Below, piece after piece: positions 1 to 11,454 of a stretch of 64,000 bases of DNA. How positions within the stretch are numbered: position 1 is the first letter of the stretch; each line of letters opens with the position of its first letter. The position numbers and the translations under genes are program-made. The DNA comes from Sporopachydermia quercuum (taxonomy: Eukaryota): contig BCGN01000006.1 in the NCBI GenBank assembly GCA_001599295.1, positions 62,001 to 126,000 of the forward strand, in the 5' to 3' direction. The notes beneath the pieces were generated by a model that was given only the letters and a program-made list of their open reading frames with translations, was not told where the DNA came from and did no database searches.

Positions 1-203
1 TGATTATTATTATAGAAGAAAAATGGAAAAGATATTATGTGATTCAATAAACNCCTCGAACTAATTATCGTACATTTCTTTCACAATAACAAACATGATG
101 ATATCCTTCTGCAGTTTGCGGTTTGTACTAGTACATCAACCGTTGATGTTTGTTGTGTGTCTAGGTCTACTATTTACTAATTTTTATTTGTGATAAGACG
201 GTA

Positions 204-219
204 TTGCCTAATTGGGGAA
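204..219. promoter_or_regulatory. Mcm1 (MADS-box)-like site TTGCCTAATTGGGGAA
   Basis: Close to the Mcm1 consensus TTTCCTAATTAGGAAA. It lies in a gene-free stretch that is probably the promoter of a gene beyond the left edge. Confidence 0.4.
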
Positions 220-700
220 GTTCTAGCTTTGATAGATTAGTACAGTATGAGAATGACATTCATGATAATTATTGCGAAACAATTAGTGATTTCAACATGT
301 TGTAGTGAGATAATATATTGATGCTAAGACGTAAATATAACGACTCAAAAGAAAGATTTGGATCAAACAGAGTAGAGAGTAAATAATACATATATGTTAT
401 ATTATAGAAAGATTAGAAAAGGTTNTATGCGTTGATGCGTTGATGCGGCATTTTGTTGAATTTAGTTTGTAGCCTGGACTAATTTCATGCGATGTAATGT
501 TAAGATATTCTTACTGATTACTAGCTGATGCATGCAAGAGAACTTGGAGAAGTAAGTAGAAGCAAAAATGGCATGGGATGATCTGTCTGAATGCTAAATG
601 ATGTGAGGGATGATTGATGGACAACGTTTGGCTTTTAGAAGTACTGTTTTAGGATTGGTTCAGTTTGATCAATTCAGCTATGCTAACATCTCAAAAACGC

Positions 701-731
701 CCCCTGAACCAGGGGTTACATCCTCACCCCT
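701..731. promoter_or_regulatory. Cluster of three STRE elements (CCCCT/AGGGG)
   Basis: CCCCT 701-705, AGGGG 711-715 and CCCCT 727-731 within 31 bp of otherwise AT-rich DNA. Confidence 0.4.
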
Positions 732-1718
732 AAGTGGATTGTCATGATTGAAAATAGAGGTATTGATTNCATATGAATTGTGGTCACATATCAAATGGAT
801 ATTCACTCACGCGTATTACTTTAGTTGATGCAATAGCTTTCTATAAATTATATACATAGGAACAAAGACAAAGATGACATACATGTTGCCCAACACAGTT
901 GTTCTTTATCTCAAAGCAAAATGTAATCGCATAATTTAAAATTCTTCATTATCTTCACTTTCAGTATTTTCTCCTCTCAATAGACCATCGCTTTCTTAGC
1001 TTCAGTAGTAAAATATCATTCGTAGTTCGTATTACTTTGCTACTTCTGGCAAACATATTTTTGGTTGCACCTTTAAGGTTCGTGATGACTCACGAAATCG
1101 CTGTTAGAATAATTATCAAATCTGATCATGATGTGAATAGAAAAATAGCTCTACAAAGCATGTGTTATAGTTGGATTCAGATGATAATTATGACAACTAA
1201 TGAAAGAAGGGATTATAATGAGGAGAGATATTTGAGACTGCCGTCTATTTNTTTTTGTGTACTTTTTTTGTGCAAGGCTCCGGAAGGAATGATCTGGTTA
1301 TATCAGACTACTTCCTATGCTTGAGTACTCAGTGGAGGGTATATTGTCAAATCAAATTCAACAGCTAAGNCAGTAATCCTAGTTAGCTTTCTTAGTCTTC
1401 TTGACGATAAGACGACAAGACTTGTTAGCTTCAAGCCTTTGGATCATTTAGGAATGAGTAGATTCATGGTTTGTTGAAAAGCTTCATCATTTTGTTTTCG
1501 TTNAGGCTATATTTTTATTTGCTTACATATGAATTGAAAACATAGATCAGTGTTTATTTAACGTTTGTTAAACACTGAGAATTTCTTATATAGGCAACTG
1601 AAATAAACGCATGTCTATGCATATATATAATAACCTTAATCTATAACAACTATACTGAATGAAATACAATTCTAGTATATTCAAAGNACAACCATAACAA
1701 AAGCAAAATAAGAACCGT

Positions 1719-2516
1719 TCAAGCCCAAGTCCAAGTAACATCAATAACTCCAACGTCTGGATCAGCTAATTCGGCGAAAGCTGTTGGAGAAAAGTCTAGA
1801 TCATATGTATTGCAAGTAGCACATGCATCGACAACCTTAACAGTGATTGATTTACCATTATAAGAAGCAATGATGTCTCTCCCGCAGTAACCGCTGATCC
1901 ATCGACTGCTTAAATCATATGAGGTGTAAAGCGATTGAGCAATGGCAACCACATAGTCGTCATCACTGCTTGAGGTGTCGCAAGCATCAGCTCCTACACT
2001 ATAGAATGTCCCTCTGCCCGAGAAAGTTTCACTAGAAGGAGTTGGTTGATCTGTTTCCTCAGAAGTGGTTGCAACAGAGCTACCAAGATAACTACTACTA
2101 ACAATCAAGGATTCAGAAGTTCTAGAAACAATTTGTTCTTCAGTGGTGATATAGATAGGAGCTTCAGTCACAGATTCAGTCGTAGCGGAGTAAACACTCT
2201 CAGTAGCAATTACTTGCTCAGAGATGCTTGCGATATAGTTAGTTGTTGCTTCGGTGGTGGAACCAGCTGTCGAAGAAACAAAAGTTGAAACTGCGATTAA
2301 AGTGGATGTAGTTGCAAAAGGATTGGCAAAAGTTACGTTACGGCTTTCAATCTCAGAAAAGATAAACGAAACAAACTCCTGAAAATCATCATCTTCGCAT
2401 ACGTTCTCAATAACTGCAGCAATGAGACGTTTCCAATGATTGAATCCCCAAGGAGAAGCAAGTGCTTCAGAGACCAATAAAAGGGTAACGAGCGATAAAA
2501 TAAGTGTGAATCTCAT
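1719..2516 (-). CDS. Secreted expansin-like / RlpA double-psi beta-barrel protein with Ser/Thr-rich stalk
   Basis: ATG at 2516 gives signal peptide MRFTLILSLVTLLLVSEALA, then a KR dibasic site and an S/T-rich linker. C-terminal DPBB motifs: GRGTFY..G..AC, YVVAI, CGR.I, VKVVDACATC...DLDFSPTAF..LA....G.I.VTW. Confidence 0.85.
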   Translation of the reverse strand: MRFTLILSLVTLLLVSEALASPWGFNHWKRLIAAVIENVCEDDDFQEFVSFIFSEIESRNVTFANPFATTSTLIAVSTFVSSTAGSTTEATTNYIASISEQVIATESVYSATTESVTEAPIYITTEEQIVSRTSESLIVSSSYLGSSVATTSEETDQPTPSSETFSGRGTFYSVGADACDTSSSDDDYVVAIAQSLYTSYDLSSRWISGYCGRDIIASYNGKSITVKVVDACATCNTYDLDFSPTAFAELADPDVGVIDVTWTWA

Positions 2517-4892
2517 ATTAGAAAGCTGATAAGAGATATACAAAAGAATGAATATAGTTAGTTGTTAACTGCAGCAGCACTATCTCCGAGTTATTAATTG
2601 AAATTCATTATAATCTGGAAGAGAAATATCATTGAAAGAAGAGATCAAGAGTATTCGTTCCTTTATATAAACATGTTTGCTCATTTGAGTTAAGAACTCA
2701 AGAGACGTTGTTCTTCTTGCGTCTAAAACGGTTATTAAATTTCAGCGTTTTTGAAGCAACCTGATCTACCAAATACTATGTTAAAATATTAGTCTTTAGG
2801 AGATTAGGCTTCAAGGAACCAGTAATTTAATTCAACTATAAACTTACAAGAGGCAATAAAACCTCAACGATAGCCAATATTGGTAATCATTTTGAGAATA
2901 AGGGTAATAGCTGATTCAGGTACCGGAATTCAAGGTTCAGAAAAGGTAAGAACCATCCCTCAACCAATCAATTTACAAGTTTCAGTGCCTTCACTAGACA
3001 AAGTTCAAACTATGTATTAGACGGTCTCAAGTATAAATGATAATCACTTATATGACTAACAATGAAAAGCGTTAAAAACGTTACTACGAGTATACCCAAG
3101 CCATCACCAAGATAGGGAATATCTACTTGAGTATACCACATTCAAATTGGGAAAGAAAAAGATGAATCCTAGTTCAATCAGAATTTAAGATAAACNAAGG
3201 TTAGTTAAATGGAGCTATATACATCTGAACAATGAATTAACAACAGGAGCCTAACCGCTGAAACGCTTAACCTTCTTATTGTTTGAACCTTCTCAGAAAA
3301 AAAAAACTAAAGTATTGAAGATTAGCTTTAGTTGGTTCCATATTTACTAAAATTTCTTCATGGCTCTTTAAAATTTTGGCTAGAACGACTAGTTATCCAG
3401 TTTTTGGTTTTCATAGTTGTACCTTATTTTGAATTTGAGCTAAACTTTCATCGAAGTTTGATAGGCACCGCAAGTCAAACTGTGTGAAGATGTCTTAAAT
3501 TTACTTCCTAGCTCTAATCTAACTTCAGATTCTGACACTATAACTGTTGAATATGAAGTTTATATTAATAAAAATTATGGTTAGGGATTTTGGGTTCCTG
3601 GATGTTCTCGAGGAATGATTGGATATCGTATTCTCGCTTTATTTCTGATTTCGTTTGCAAAAAGATAAGATAACACATTTTGCGAAACCGCTTATTTCAA
3701 GTTTACTAAGCTTCAAAAATCAACATATTGCTTTAATTCGAAAAACTTGAGGACAAAATGTAGCAAGTTTGATTGATAATTGCTAGATTTATATGACCTT
3801 CCAAACAGAATGGCTCTNTGAATATGTGTCATTACTATATAGACAATGAGTTCACCAAGTCTCATTATAGCTACTTTCAATCGGGAGAACTCAACAGGGT
3901 TCAATAAGTATAGCAAGACTACTTCAAACTTCAAATAATTAACCTAAATGCCTTCAGCGCCTATGATCTATCCCCTCCTTTCAGCACATGGCATTACACA
4001 AACTAAAGAGACCTTTATTTGCTAACCTATTTTTTATTTTCTTCATACAAAGCAGATAATTTNAAGTCTTCAGCTTGTTGTTGATTCTCAGCAACCATCT
4101 TTTCTTATAGTTTCTTCATCAATATCCATCATTCTCATGTTCTTTCCTCACAATAGCAAGGATAGTCCAATCGCATACACGATTCATGTTTATTTCCATA
4201 TAAAGAAGGTAAAATCTTCAAACCTTAACGCTAAAATTCTTTTGTGCGATTGCTAATACCGTATTACATAATCAGTAAGTTGCTCATCTTATACATCACA
4301 TCTCGTCCCAACATAATCATTGACCTGACGTCAAAATACAGTTCTCCCTAACAAATAAATTCCAATCCAAATCCAATTGGGGAGTCAACTTACTTCATTA
4401 GGAATCATCATAATACTTATTATGCTGAACAGTAACTGAATTTTCGTTTTACTCATCAAACTGCTTAGAGATTCTTGGTAGTTAATTTCAGGTTCTAGAA
4501 AACTAATAGAGAAATAGATATATGAGTAGATAGATGATGTAGTAGATAGCAATTTGTTTTAGTTACGGAAGGATAAACAAGTTATTTTAGTCTTTGTTAT
4601 ATGTGTTTGTGCTGATTTCGTCTTTTTTCTGTGGATATATTCTACTGTTTGTAGGCTACAGTGCACGAGCTTCTAGGAAGACGACCTGACGTATCCAGAG
4701 ATAGATCGAGTAGAGGACCTTTTATGTTCTAATTAACTACTCCATAGCTGAAGGTAGAACAAATAGAGTATNAGCTGCGGAGATCATCCCAACTAGATCA
4801 ACGAACTGCATTAGAGATCAAACTGACAACGATTGCACATCGATTAGACTTCAAGTCAGCTTTTAATTTCTTTCCACAAGAAATTATTTACA

Positions 4893-7800
4893 ATGGCAAC
4901 TATGGATCATAAAAGATTTGGCATAGTGTTTGCAGACTCAAGCATGGATTCCTCAATGAACAGCTCAGTGAGCTCTGATGTTGATTCTGTTCCATTGTCC
5001 CCTTCGAATCCTTCAAGAGCAAACTCCCAGGCTGGTGCGTCTTTGTTTTCGAAATCGTTCAATGGGAAGAAAACCTATGGAAGGAGAAACAAAACTGCCA
5101 ATATTTATTCTAAGAAATCTACAGAACATGCTTTATGGGATCAGTCTGAAGATGAGAATGCTATAACTCCGGTTGTAAAGAAGTTTTATTACAAAGACCA
5201 TACTAACATTCTTACTGACAATAATCCTAAGGATTATGATATTTCAATGAACAGTCCAATATCACCGGCTTCACACTGTGAAAAAGCGATCAATAGACTT
5301 TCTTCCATATCAACTGTCTCTCAGAAATCCTCAAACTCTGTATCCACAACTTCCACCAACACATCTAACAAGAGTATTCTTTCCCGAATTTCAAACGCTT
5401 TCAATGTTGTATCAGTTAACTCGGATTCTTTCAATACATCTCCTAAAAGCAACAGTGATTCATTTCAGCCTGAGAAAAGTCCTAATATTTTAACTGGTGG
5501 TACTTTGAAAAGAAGCAATTTAGTTACAGCCAATCTGTCAGCGAAAATATCATCCGAGAGTCCCAACGTAAAGAAGAATGCTGCGAAGGACGCTAGAAGA
5601 GAAAGCTTATACTCATCCACTTCAGTCCTGAGGATACCTTCCTATTTGTTGACAACAAGTACGCCTGAGCGAAACGACACTTCTAACAACAAGAATCAGC
5701 TAGAAATGAGAAACCACTACCATCTTGAAATTGATGGTGTTGCTGCAGCTGATAAAGTGGCGAATGATGAAATGGAATCTCCTTTAAAGACAAAAAATAC
5801 TTATGAGCCATTACAGGAAATTGGAACTAATACCAATGCTTTTATCTCTTCACCATTACCTGCTAGATCAAAAGGAATACCAAGGAAGAATTTCAATCTG
5901 TCATCTAAGTCGTTGAGTAATTTTCTTCAACGAAGGCAAACTCAGAACTCAACTGATAGCAGTAGCATACATAATATTCCCTATGCCACCAACCCAAGCA
6001 ATATAAGTAGCAACAATCAGAATATTGTCACTATGAATAATAAGAACAACTATGCTAATCCAGTACCTTCTAAATCAACTTCATCAACAAACACTCATTA
6101 CATGCATTCACCATTTAAAAAATCTTCGGTGACAGACCTACGAAAAAGTTTATTCTCTTTCAGTGCTAGAAGTCCAAGCTCATCTTCTCTTGCCTCGCAC
6201 ATATCGAACAAATCTCACCATAGACGAAACTCTTCTAGTTCAAGTTCAACAATCAATCTATTCACAAACCAATCAAAAGCGAGATCTGCAACCAAACCTA
6301 TTATCTCAAGACCTGTGCCTGATTCTGCCACAAAGGAAAAAATCAGAAAAAAGCTTACTAATAGCTCGTCGATCATCTCCCTAGCAAGTGTTGCAACAAT
6401 TAACGAAGATGCTGACTTGATATGTACTGATGAAATTGAACTAGATCACGACTTCAACAATAGAAATCTGAATGCAGTACCACAGCAAAAACTGTCACCT
6501 TTTGATAAACTGTTGACCTTGTCAGACGAAAAACTACTGTTGTCGTTCGATCAGTTTTTCGCTTCTAGAAGTAAGAGCGCCAAATGGAGAAAGTTAGGAG
6601 AAGCAACGTACTCCGAAGTGTATTCGGAGGAAACATTCAGCAGAAACGGAATTAGCAGAAAGGTACTAAAAGTGATTCCCTTTGGTAAAGAAGAATTGCA
6701 GCAATCACCACCACAAGATATCGCAAGGGAAATAGAAATCAGTAAATCTTTAATGGAAATTCCAGGATATGTGAAGGTTGAGTCTGTCCATCTGGTTAAA
6801 GGAGAGTATCCTGCAATACTACTCAACTTATGGGATAAATTCAACGAGCAGGAAGTAGATGAAGAAGGGAATGGCATATATTCAGAGAATGGTAGACCTG
6901 ATTATTTTGAGAAGGACCAGCTTTACTGTATCTTTGTATTGGAGAATGCCGGAATAGATTTAGAGAACTATGAACTTGAATCGTGGAAAGAGGCTTATTT
7001 GATATTCTGGAAATGCGTCTTATACTTGTATCAAGCAGAGAAAAAGTTCCAGTTTGAACACAGAGATTTACACTGGGGAAACATTGTACTGAAGAGAAAA
7101 AATGATCATGATTCAAGAAATCGAGGTGATACTTCTATGGATGTAACAATGAATTCGTATACGTCCGACTCCGTCTTCTACGATCATGACGAAGAAGAAG
7201 ATTTAAGTAGAATGATGGATGACTTGCATATGAATGGAGAGGAAGATAATAATGAGCTGATAGTTACTATTATCGATTATACACTTTCAAGGGCAAAAAT
7301 AGGAGAATCGACAATATACTTACCATTAGAACATGAAGACTTCTTCCAAGGAAAAGGTGACTATCAGTACGACATTTATAGGTTCATGAAAACTCTAATA
7401 CAACAAAGCCAAAAGGGAAGGCAAGAACGGCAGAAGAATGTTATAGCTAACAGAAAAATGATTAAATCTAGTTCTAAGTCTTCTATTGCTTCCTTTTTAT
7501 CTTTGGGAAAAGGAAAGCAAAATTCTCAACAATTACATTCAAATATACTTGATAACTCAAATAATACTTCTGGCAATAGTTGCAGTACATCTCCAAATAG
7601 TATCGACTGGTCAGAATTCTATCCTACTACTAATTTACTATGGCTTCATTATTTGGTTGACAAGCTAGTTAATCATAAGGGATTACAAGTAATGCCATCA
7701 CCCGAAAGCTTGAGAGGCTCCAATGGTCAAACCAGAAGAATGACGAGACGTTCGAGCAGCATCTCATTTCAATTGAAACAACATAGAAACTCAGCTTCTA

Positions 7801-8093
7801 GTATTGACTTGATTACTGATAACAGTGAAGAGATATTGTATGAAGAAGCTGTTTATTACCATAATATGTCTGCCCTCTATAAGTGCATTGATCCTAGGAA
7901 AAAGCGACTTGAAGGTGCACTAAACACCAGATTTGAATGTCTCCCATCTTTTGATTCGGCAGTCATCGATATCAAACTTCGTAAGAACATATTACCTGAT
8001 TCTGGAGTGTTTTTTCAGGATTTTGAGAGCATGGAGAAGTTTCTTCAGTGGGGTCTTTCGAACGAATTGGTGGAATTAACTGAGAAATTGTAA
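4893..8093 (+). CDS. ALK1: Haspin-family Ser/Thr kinase (Alk1/Alk2-like)
   Basis: Long S/N-rich N-terminus. C-terminal atypical kinase with KLGEATYSEVY, VLKVIPF, FEHRDLHWGN, IIDYTLSRA, FFQGKGDYQYDIYR and TNLLWLHYL. Adjacent to GET1 as in S. cerevisiae. Confidence 0.92.
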   Translation: MATMDHKRFGIVFADSSMDSSMNSSVSSDVDSVPLSPSNPSRANSQAGASLFSKSFNGKKTYGRRNKTANIYSKKSTEHALWDQSEDENAITPVVKKFYYKDHTNILTDNNPKDYDISMNSPISPASHCEKAINRLSSISTVSQKSSNSVSTTSTNTSNKSILSRISNAFNVVSVNSDSFNTSPKSNSDSFQPEKSPNILTGGTLKRSNLVTANLSAKISSESPNVKKNAAKDARRESLYSSTSVLRIPSYLLTTSTPERNDTSNNKNQLEMRNHYHLEIDGVAAADKVANDEMESPLKTKNTYEPLQEIGTNTNAFISSPLPARSKGIPRKNFNLSSKSLSNFLQRRQTQNSTDSSSIHNIPYATNPSNISSNNQNIVTMNNKNNYANPVPSKSTSSTNTHYMHSPFKKSSVTDLRKSLFSFSARSPSSSSLASHISNKSHHRRNSSSSSSTINLFTNQSKARSATKPIISRPVPDSATKEKIRKKLTNSSSIISLASVATINEDADLICTDEIELDHDFNNRNLNAVPQQKLSPFDKLLTLSDEKLLLSFDQFFASRSKSAKWRKLGEATYSEVYSEETFSRNGISRKVLKVIPFGKEELQQSPPQDIAREIEISKSLMEIPGYVKVESVHLVKGEYPAILLNLWDKFNEQEVDEEGNGIYSENGRPDYFEKDQLYCIFVLENAGIDLENYELESWKEAYLIFWKCVLYLYQAEKKFQFEHRDLHWGNIVLKRKNDHDSRNRGDTSMDVTMNSYTSDSVFYDHDEEEDLSRMMDDLHMNGEEDNNELIVTIIDYTLSRAKIGESTIYLPLEHEDFFQGKGDYQYDIYRFMKTLIQQSQKGRQERQKNVIANRKMIKSSSKSSIASFLSLGKGKQNSQQLHSNILDNSNNTSGNSCSTSPNSIDWSEFYPTTNLLWLHYLVDKLVNHKGLQVMPSPESLRGSNGQTRRMTRRSSSISFQLKQHRNSASSIDLITDNSEEILYEEAVYYHNMSALYKCIDPRKKRLEGALNTRFECLPSFDSAVIDIKLRKNILPDSGVFFQDFESMEKFLQWGLSNELVELTEKL

Positions 8094-8372
8094 GGTGATG
8101 ATCTATCAAGAGTGTAATTCGCAGAAGACTTATTCTGCAAACTTATGTTATATAAAAGTCATAGAATTGGACGCCAACTGCTTTTAGTATCATCAACAAA
8201 TTACGCCATGAACTTATTTTGTCATTAAACATAATGCTCCAACCATTCCTATATANGCAACATATATACATAAACACTACCAAAATGATCAACAACTAAT
8301 ACCATAATAAATACTATACCTTTCCGATGATCTGATTTTGATACATCCTTTCAGCATATCAACTTTATGCTC

Positions 8373-8981
8373 CTAAATCTTCATTTTGATCTCTTCTACT
8401 TTCTCGTTGTTCTCAACTTCTGTCACTTCTGGCACAGGGTCCAATATCAATGCCTTTATTATAAATTCAATCTTATCGATCGTCATATCAACAGCCCACA
8501 TCCATGTAGACACAGAAACTGATCCCATTGGCGCCAAAGGAAATGATAGAAACCACTCAACAAATGGTGGGAATAGCCCTGTCGGTAGATAAAAAACTGC
8601 TTGCTTTCTAAAATACAATCGAAGGAACCATTTGGTACCTGTTGTTGAGATCATCAAACCAACCTTCACTTTCGACCTGAACGCTGATCCCGCTGCTGCC
8701 AACCCTGCTTCTAATTTTCCTACTTCTGCTTGTAATGCATCATACTTTCTATTAAGCTTTGCCCATTTGGCAAAATTATCCATAGAACTAGTCTGCTGTC
8801 GCTGTTGATACGTTTCNATGGCTTCTTTCTTCTTATTCCTTAATTGATGTGCACCTTCATTTTGAGAAAACTTCAGATACAGGACCCATAGTAAATTAGC
8901 GACCGTACCCTTTCCTATTAATGAAATTATCTTTGAGTATATCAATACAAGTAGCGTTATTATTAAAAACATTACTGCCAT
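8373..8981 (-). CDS. GET1: GET complex subunit Get1 (tail-anchored protein insertase)
   Basis: N-terminal TM segment, coiled coil with SSMDNFAKWAKLNRK, then VFYLPTGLFP..VEWFLSFPLAPMGSVS..W. First ATG is at 8981; the track starts at TTG 8990. Confidence 0.92.
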   Translation of the reverse strand: MAVMFLIITLLVLIYSKIISLIGKGTVANLLWVLYLKFSQNEGAHQLRNKKKEAXETYQQRQQTSSMDNFAKWAKLNRKYDALQAEVGKLEAGLAAAGSAFRSKVKVGLMISTTGTKWFLRLYFRKQAVFYLPTGLFPPFVEWFLSFPLAPMGSVSVSTWMWAVDMTIDKIEFIIKALILDPVPEVTEVENNEKVEEIKMKI

Positions 8982-10185
8982 CGGTTGCAATTTACTTTTC
9001 CTCGATGATTGATTTCTGAGAATGATCTCTAAGCAAATACTCCACGTTGATTCTACTGANGTAATGATCAGTTGACAGTACTACTATATATATTTGTAGT
9101 TCTAGTGCTAATTCTAATGATACTTGATACTTCACAGTTGATATCTGGGGAATAGACAGTACTCACTTCAAGTGCCACTAAGTGCTATCAAGAAAGTGAG
9201 TAAATGAAAACTGGTTCTTCCTAGCTACTGCTTTTCCTTGTGCACCACTATATACAAAGTTAAACACCAACAACATATAACTTCCATCAACAGTGGCTCC
9301 TCGCAGAACAATTACAATTTCTCGTCTCTTTCCAAAGAAACATTTCATTAATTCAGTTTCAATTAAACTTCTTGGACCAGAACAACAAATCCTCCACTGA
9401 ATAATCTTTGCGCTGTATTATCTTTGGTAGGTGAAAAGCTATCGGTCTTCAAAACACCCCCAAGAAAATTCAATGAAATTCGGAGACAATATTATTAAAT
9501 CGGAAATGATGAGAATTCCAACACAGTATGTTAATGTTTTCTGTTTGTGGCTTTCAGGTTTATTGTATCATCACAATGTCAAACAGTTCGATGGGAATGT
9601 GATGATGAAATTGTGTTAAAGGATGAATGACAGAGTAATGTTATTCAGATAGGAACTTACCTATATTTTGGCAATCAGCTATTTTTACTATCGGGGATTT
9701 TGAGGATTGTTCCGCTGTATCTGAATTCTAATCGAGCAAAAAAAACAGTTAGCTGGAGTCAAAAAAATTCCTCAGTTATTGCCCAAGTTACTACCAGACT
9801 GATTTTGGTGAATTGCGATTGTGTGAAAATCATCACTGGGTGATCATTGCACGTATAATATAACAATACGCAAGGTAAAAGATCACACAGCCTTGAAGAA
9901 AATTTGTAGGCATACACTGCGATTGGAAGGAGAGAAGCTAAGAAATAGCCGTAAGAAGTAAACTGACGGTGCATAGAGAAGTTCATAGGCCTTGGAATTC
10001 AGATAACTATCACAGAACTCCATTTAAAGAACTCATTTGGTCAAGTACTCTTATTACGCGCATGGTTGAGAGAATCTCAGAAAGATTTTGCAGATTTAGA
10101 TGCCGGTGTTCAAAATATAATTGATGAACAGTCGGGAAATATAGTCGACACGATGACTAGAAGTACAATTGAAGATAGATACACA

Positions 10186-11163
10186 ATGACTTCAATAGAA
10201 GATAGCCAAGATGATGGTGATCACAGTTCCGAAGAACTAGAATCATGGATTTCTAATTTTTGCTCAATGTTTGGCCATGATTATTTTGCTGAGGTATCAA
10301 CAGAATTTATAGAGGATGATTTCAACTTAACTGGATTAAGTTCCTTTGTTCCATATTACCGAGATTCTCTTGATTTAATTTTAGATTTTGAACCAGAAGA
10401 GCCCATAGAATTGGCAAATATGCCAATAATCGAACAAAGTGCTGAAGTGCTTTATGGATTGATTCATGCCAGATTCATACTCACTAAACCTGGTTTACAG
10501 ATGATGGCCGAAAAGTACGAATTTCATCAATTTGGTGTATGTCCACGATACTATTGTGAAGGAATGCATCTATTACCAATTGGACAACACGATAAGCCTG
10601 GAATAGAAACAGTGAGGCTATTCTGTCCATGTTGTTCAGATATTTACATTCCTTCAAGCTCAAGGTATCTCAATATTGATGGGGCTTTCTTTGGTACATC
10701 TTTCCCTGGTCTATTTCTAAAAATGTTTCCAGAAATCGAGCATCAATGTGCTGTCAAAAGATGGAATCGCTATAAGTTGAAATTATTTGGTTTTGGTATC
10801 TCTGAGCGGAGCTTAAGTGGCCCACGAATGGCTTGGTTGAGAAGATACCCTGAAAGTACTCGTGAACTTGAGGAACTAAAATCTTGTGCGACATTAGAAG
10901 ACTCGCTTTATTCAAGCGATGAGGAGGAAGAAGAGGAAGAAGAGGAAGAAAGAGCCGATAGTTTGTTCTTCAAAGATGAAGACAAAGATGAAGATGATTT
11001 AATAGAACAAGAAGAAGAACGACAAGACCAAAGTGAGAAAACAAACTTAGTTTCCACTACAAAAGATGATTTGAGTATAGCCAAATCAGTTGGTAGGTCA
11101 AATAAGCAAAAGGACGTTGAAATGCGTGATAGAAGTCCCGAAACAAGCATAATGAGTTTTTGA
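10186..11163 (+). CDS. CKB1: Casein kinase II regulatory beta subunit
   Basis: WISNFCSMFGHDYF.EV..EFIEDDFNLTGL, LYGLIHARFILTKPGL, zinc ribbon CPRYYC...CPCC, DGAFFGTSFP and SGPRM.WLR.YP. Start is ATG 10186 or 10153; the track's start is a TTG. Confidence 0.95.
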   Translation: MTSIEDSQDDGDHSSEELESWISNFCSMFGHDYFAEVSTEFIEDDFNLTGLSSFVPYYRDSLDLILDFEPEEPIELANMPIIEQSAEVLYGLIHARFILTKPGLQMMAEKYEFHQFGVCPRYYCEGMHLLPIGQHDKPGIETVRLFCPCCSDIYIPSSSRYLNIDGAFFGTSFPGLFLKMFPEIEHQCAVKRWNRYKLKLFGFGISERSLSGPRMAWLRRYPESTRELEELKSCATLEDSLYSSDEEEEEEEEEERADSLFFKDEDKDEDDLIEQEEERQDQSEKTNLVSTTKDDLSIAKSVGRSNKQKDVEMRDRSPETSIMSF

Positions 11164-11454
11164 GTAATCAAAAAATACCCTCATCTTTAATTGCTTATGC
11201 TATATGATTTTAAATGAGTGTTTCACCAAGGCAAGTTATATCCTTACTTTTGTTTACTCATCTTCTTATAGATTCTGTTCTACGGCTACATGGGGTTCGA
11301 TTTTTTGTATTTCTTTGATTATTTGTCTGTATGTGCCTGTATGATATGTATATGTAACTTGATACTAAACTGCTTCAGTCGTGTTGTAGCGGTTATAATA
11401 AAATATGCAGAGGAGAAATTTCCATAACGTTCGTTCTGATTATCAAATAATTCC

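Noticed and set aside
8981..8990. TTG near-cognate start for GET1 in A-rich context
   Set aside because: It would add only three residues ahead of an in-frame ATG and cannot be tested from sequence alone.
9526..10125. Possible intron GTATGT(9526)...AACTGAC...TAG(9976) and uORF at 10062 upstream of CKB1
   Set aside because: The spliced frame does not join CKB1 and gives no recognisable protein, and the 451-nt length is atypical for this window. It cannot be supported without transcript data.
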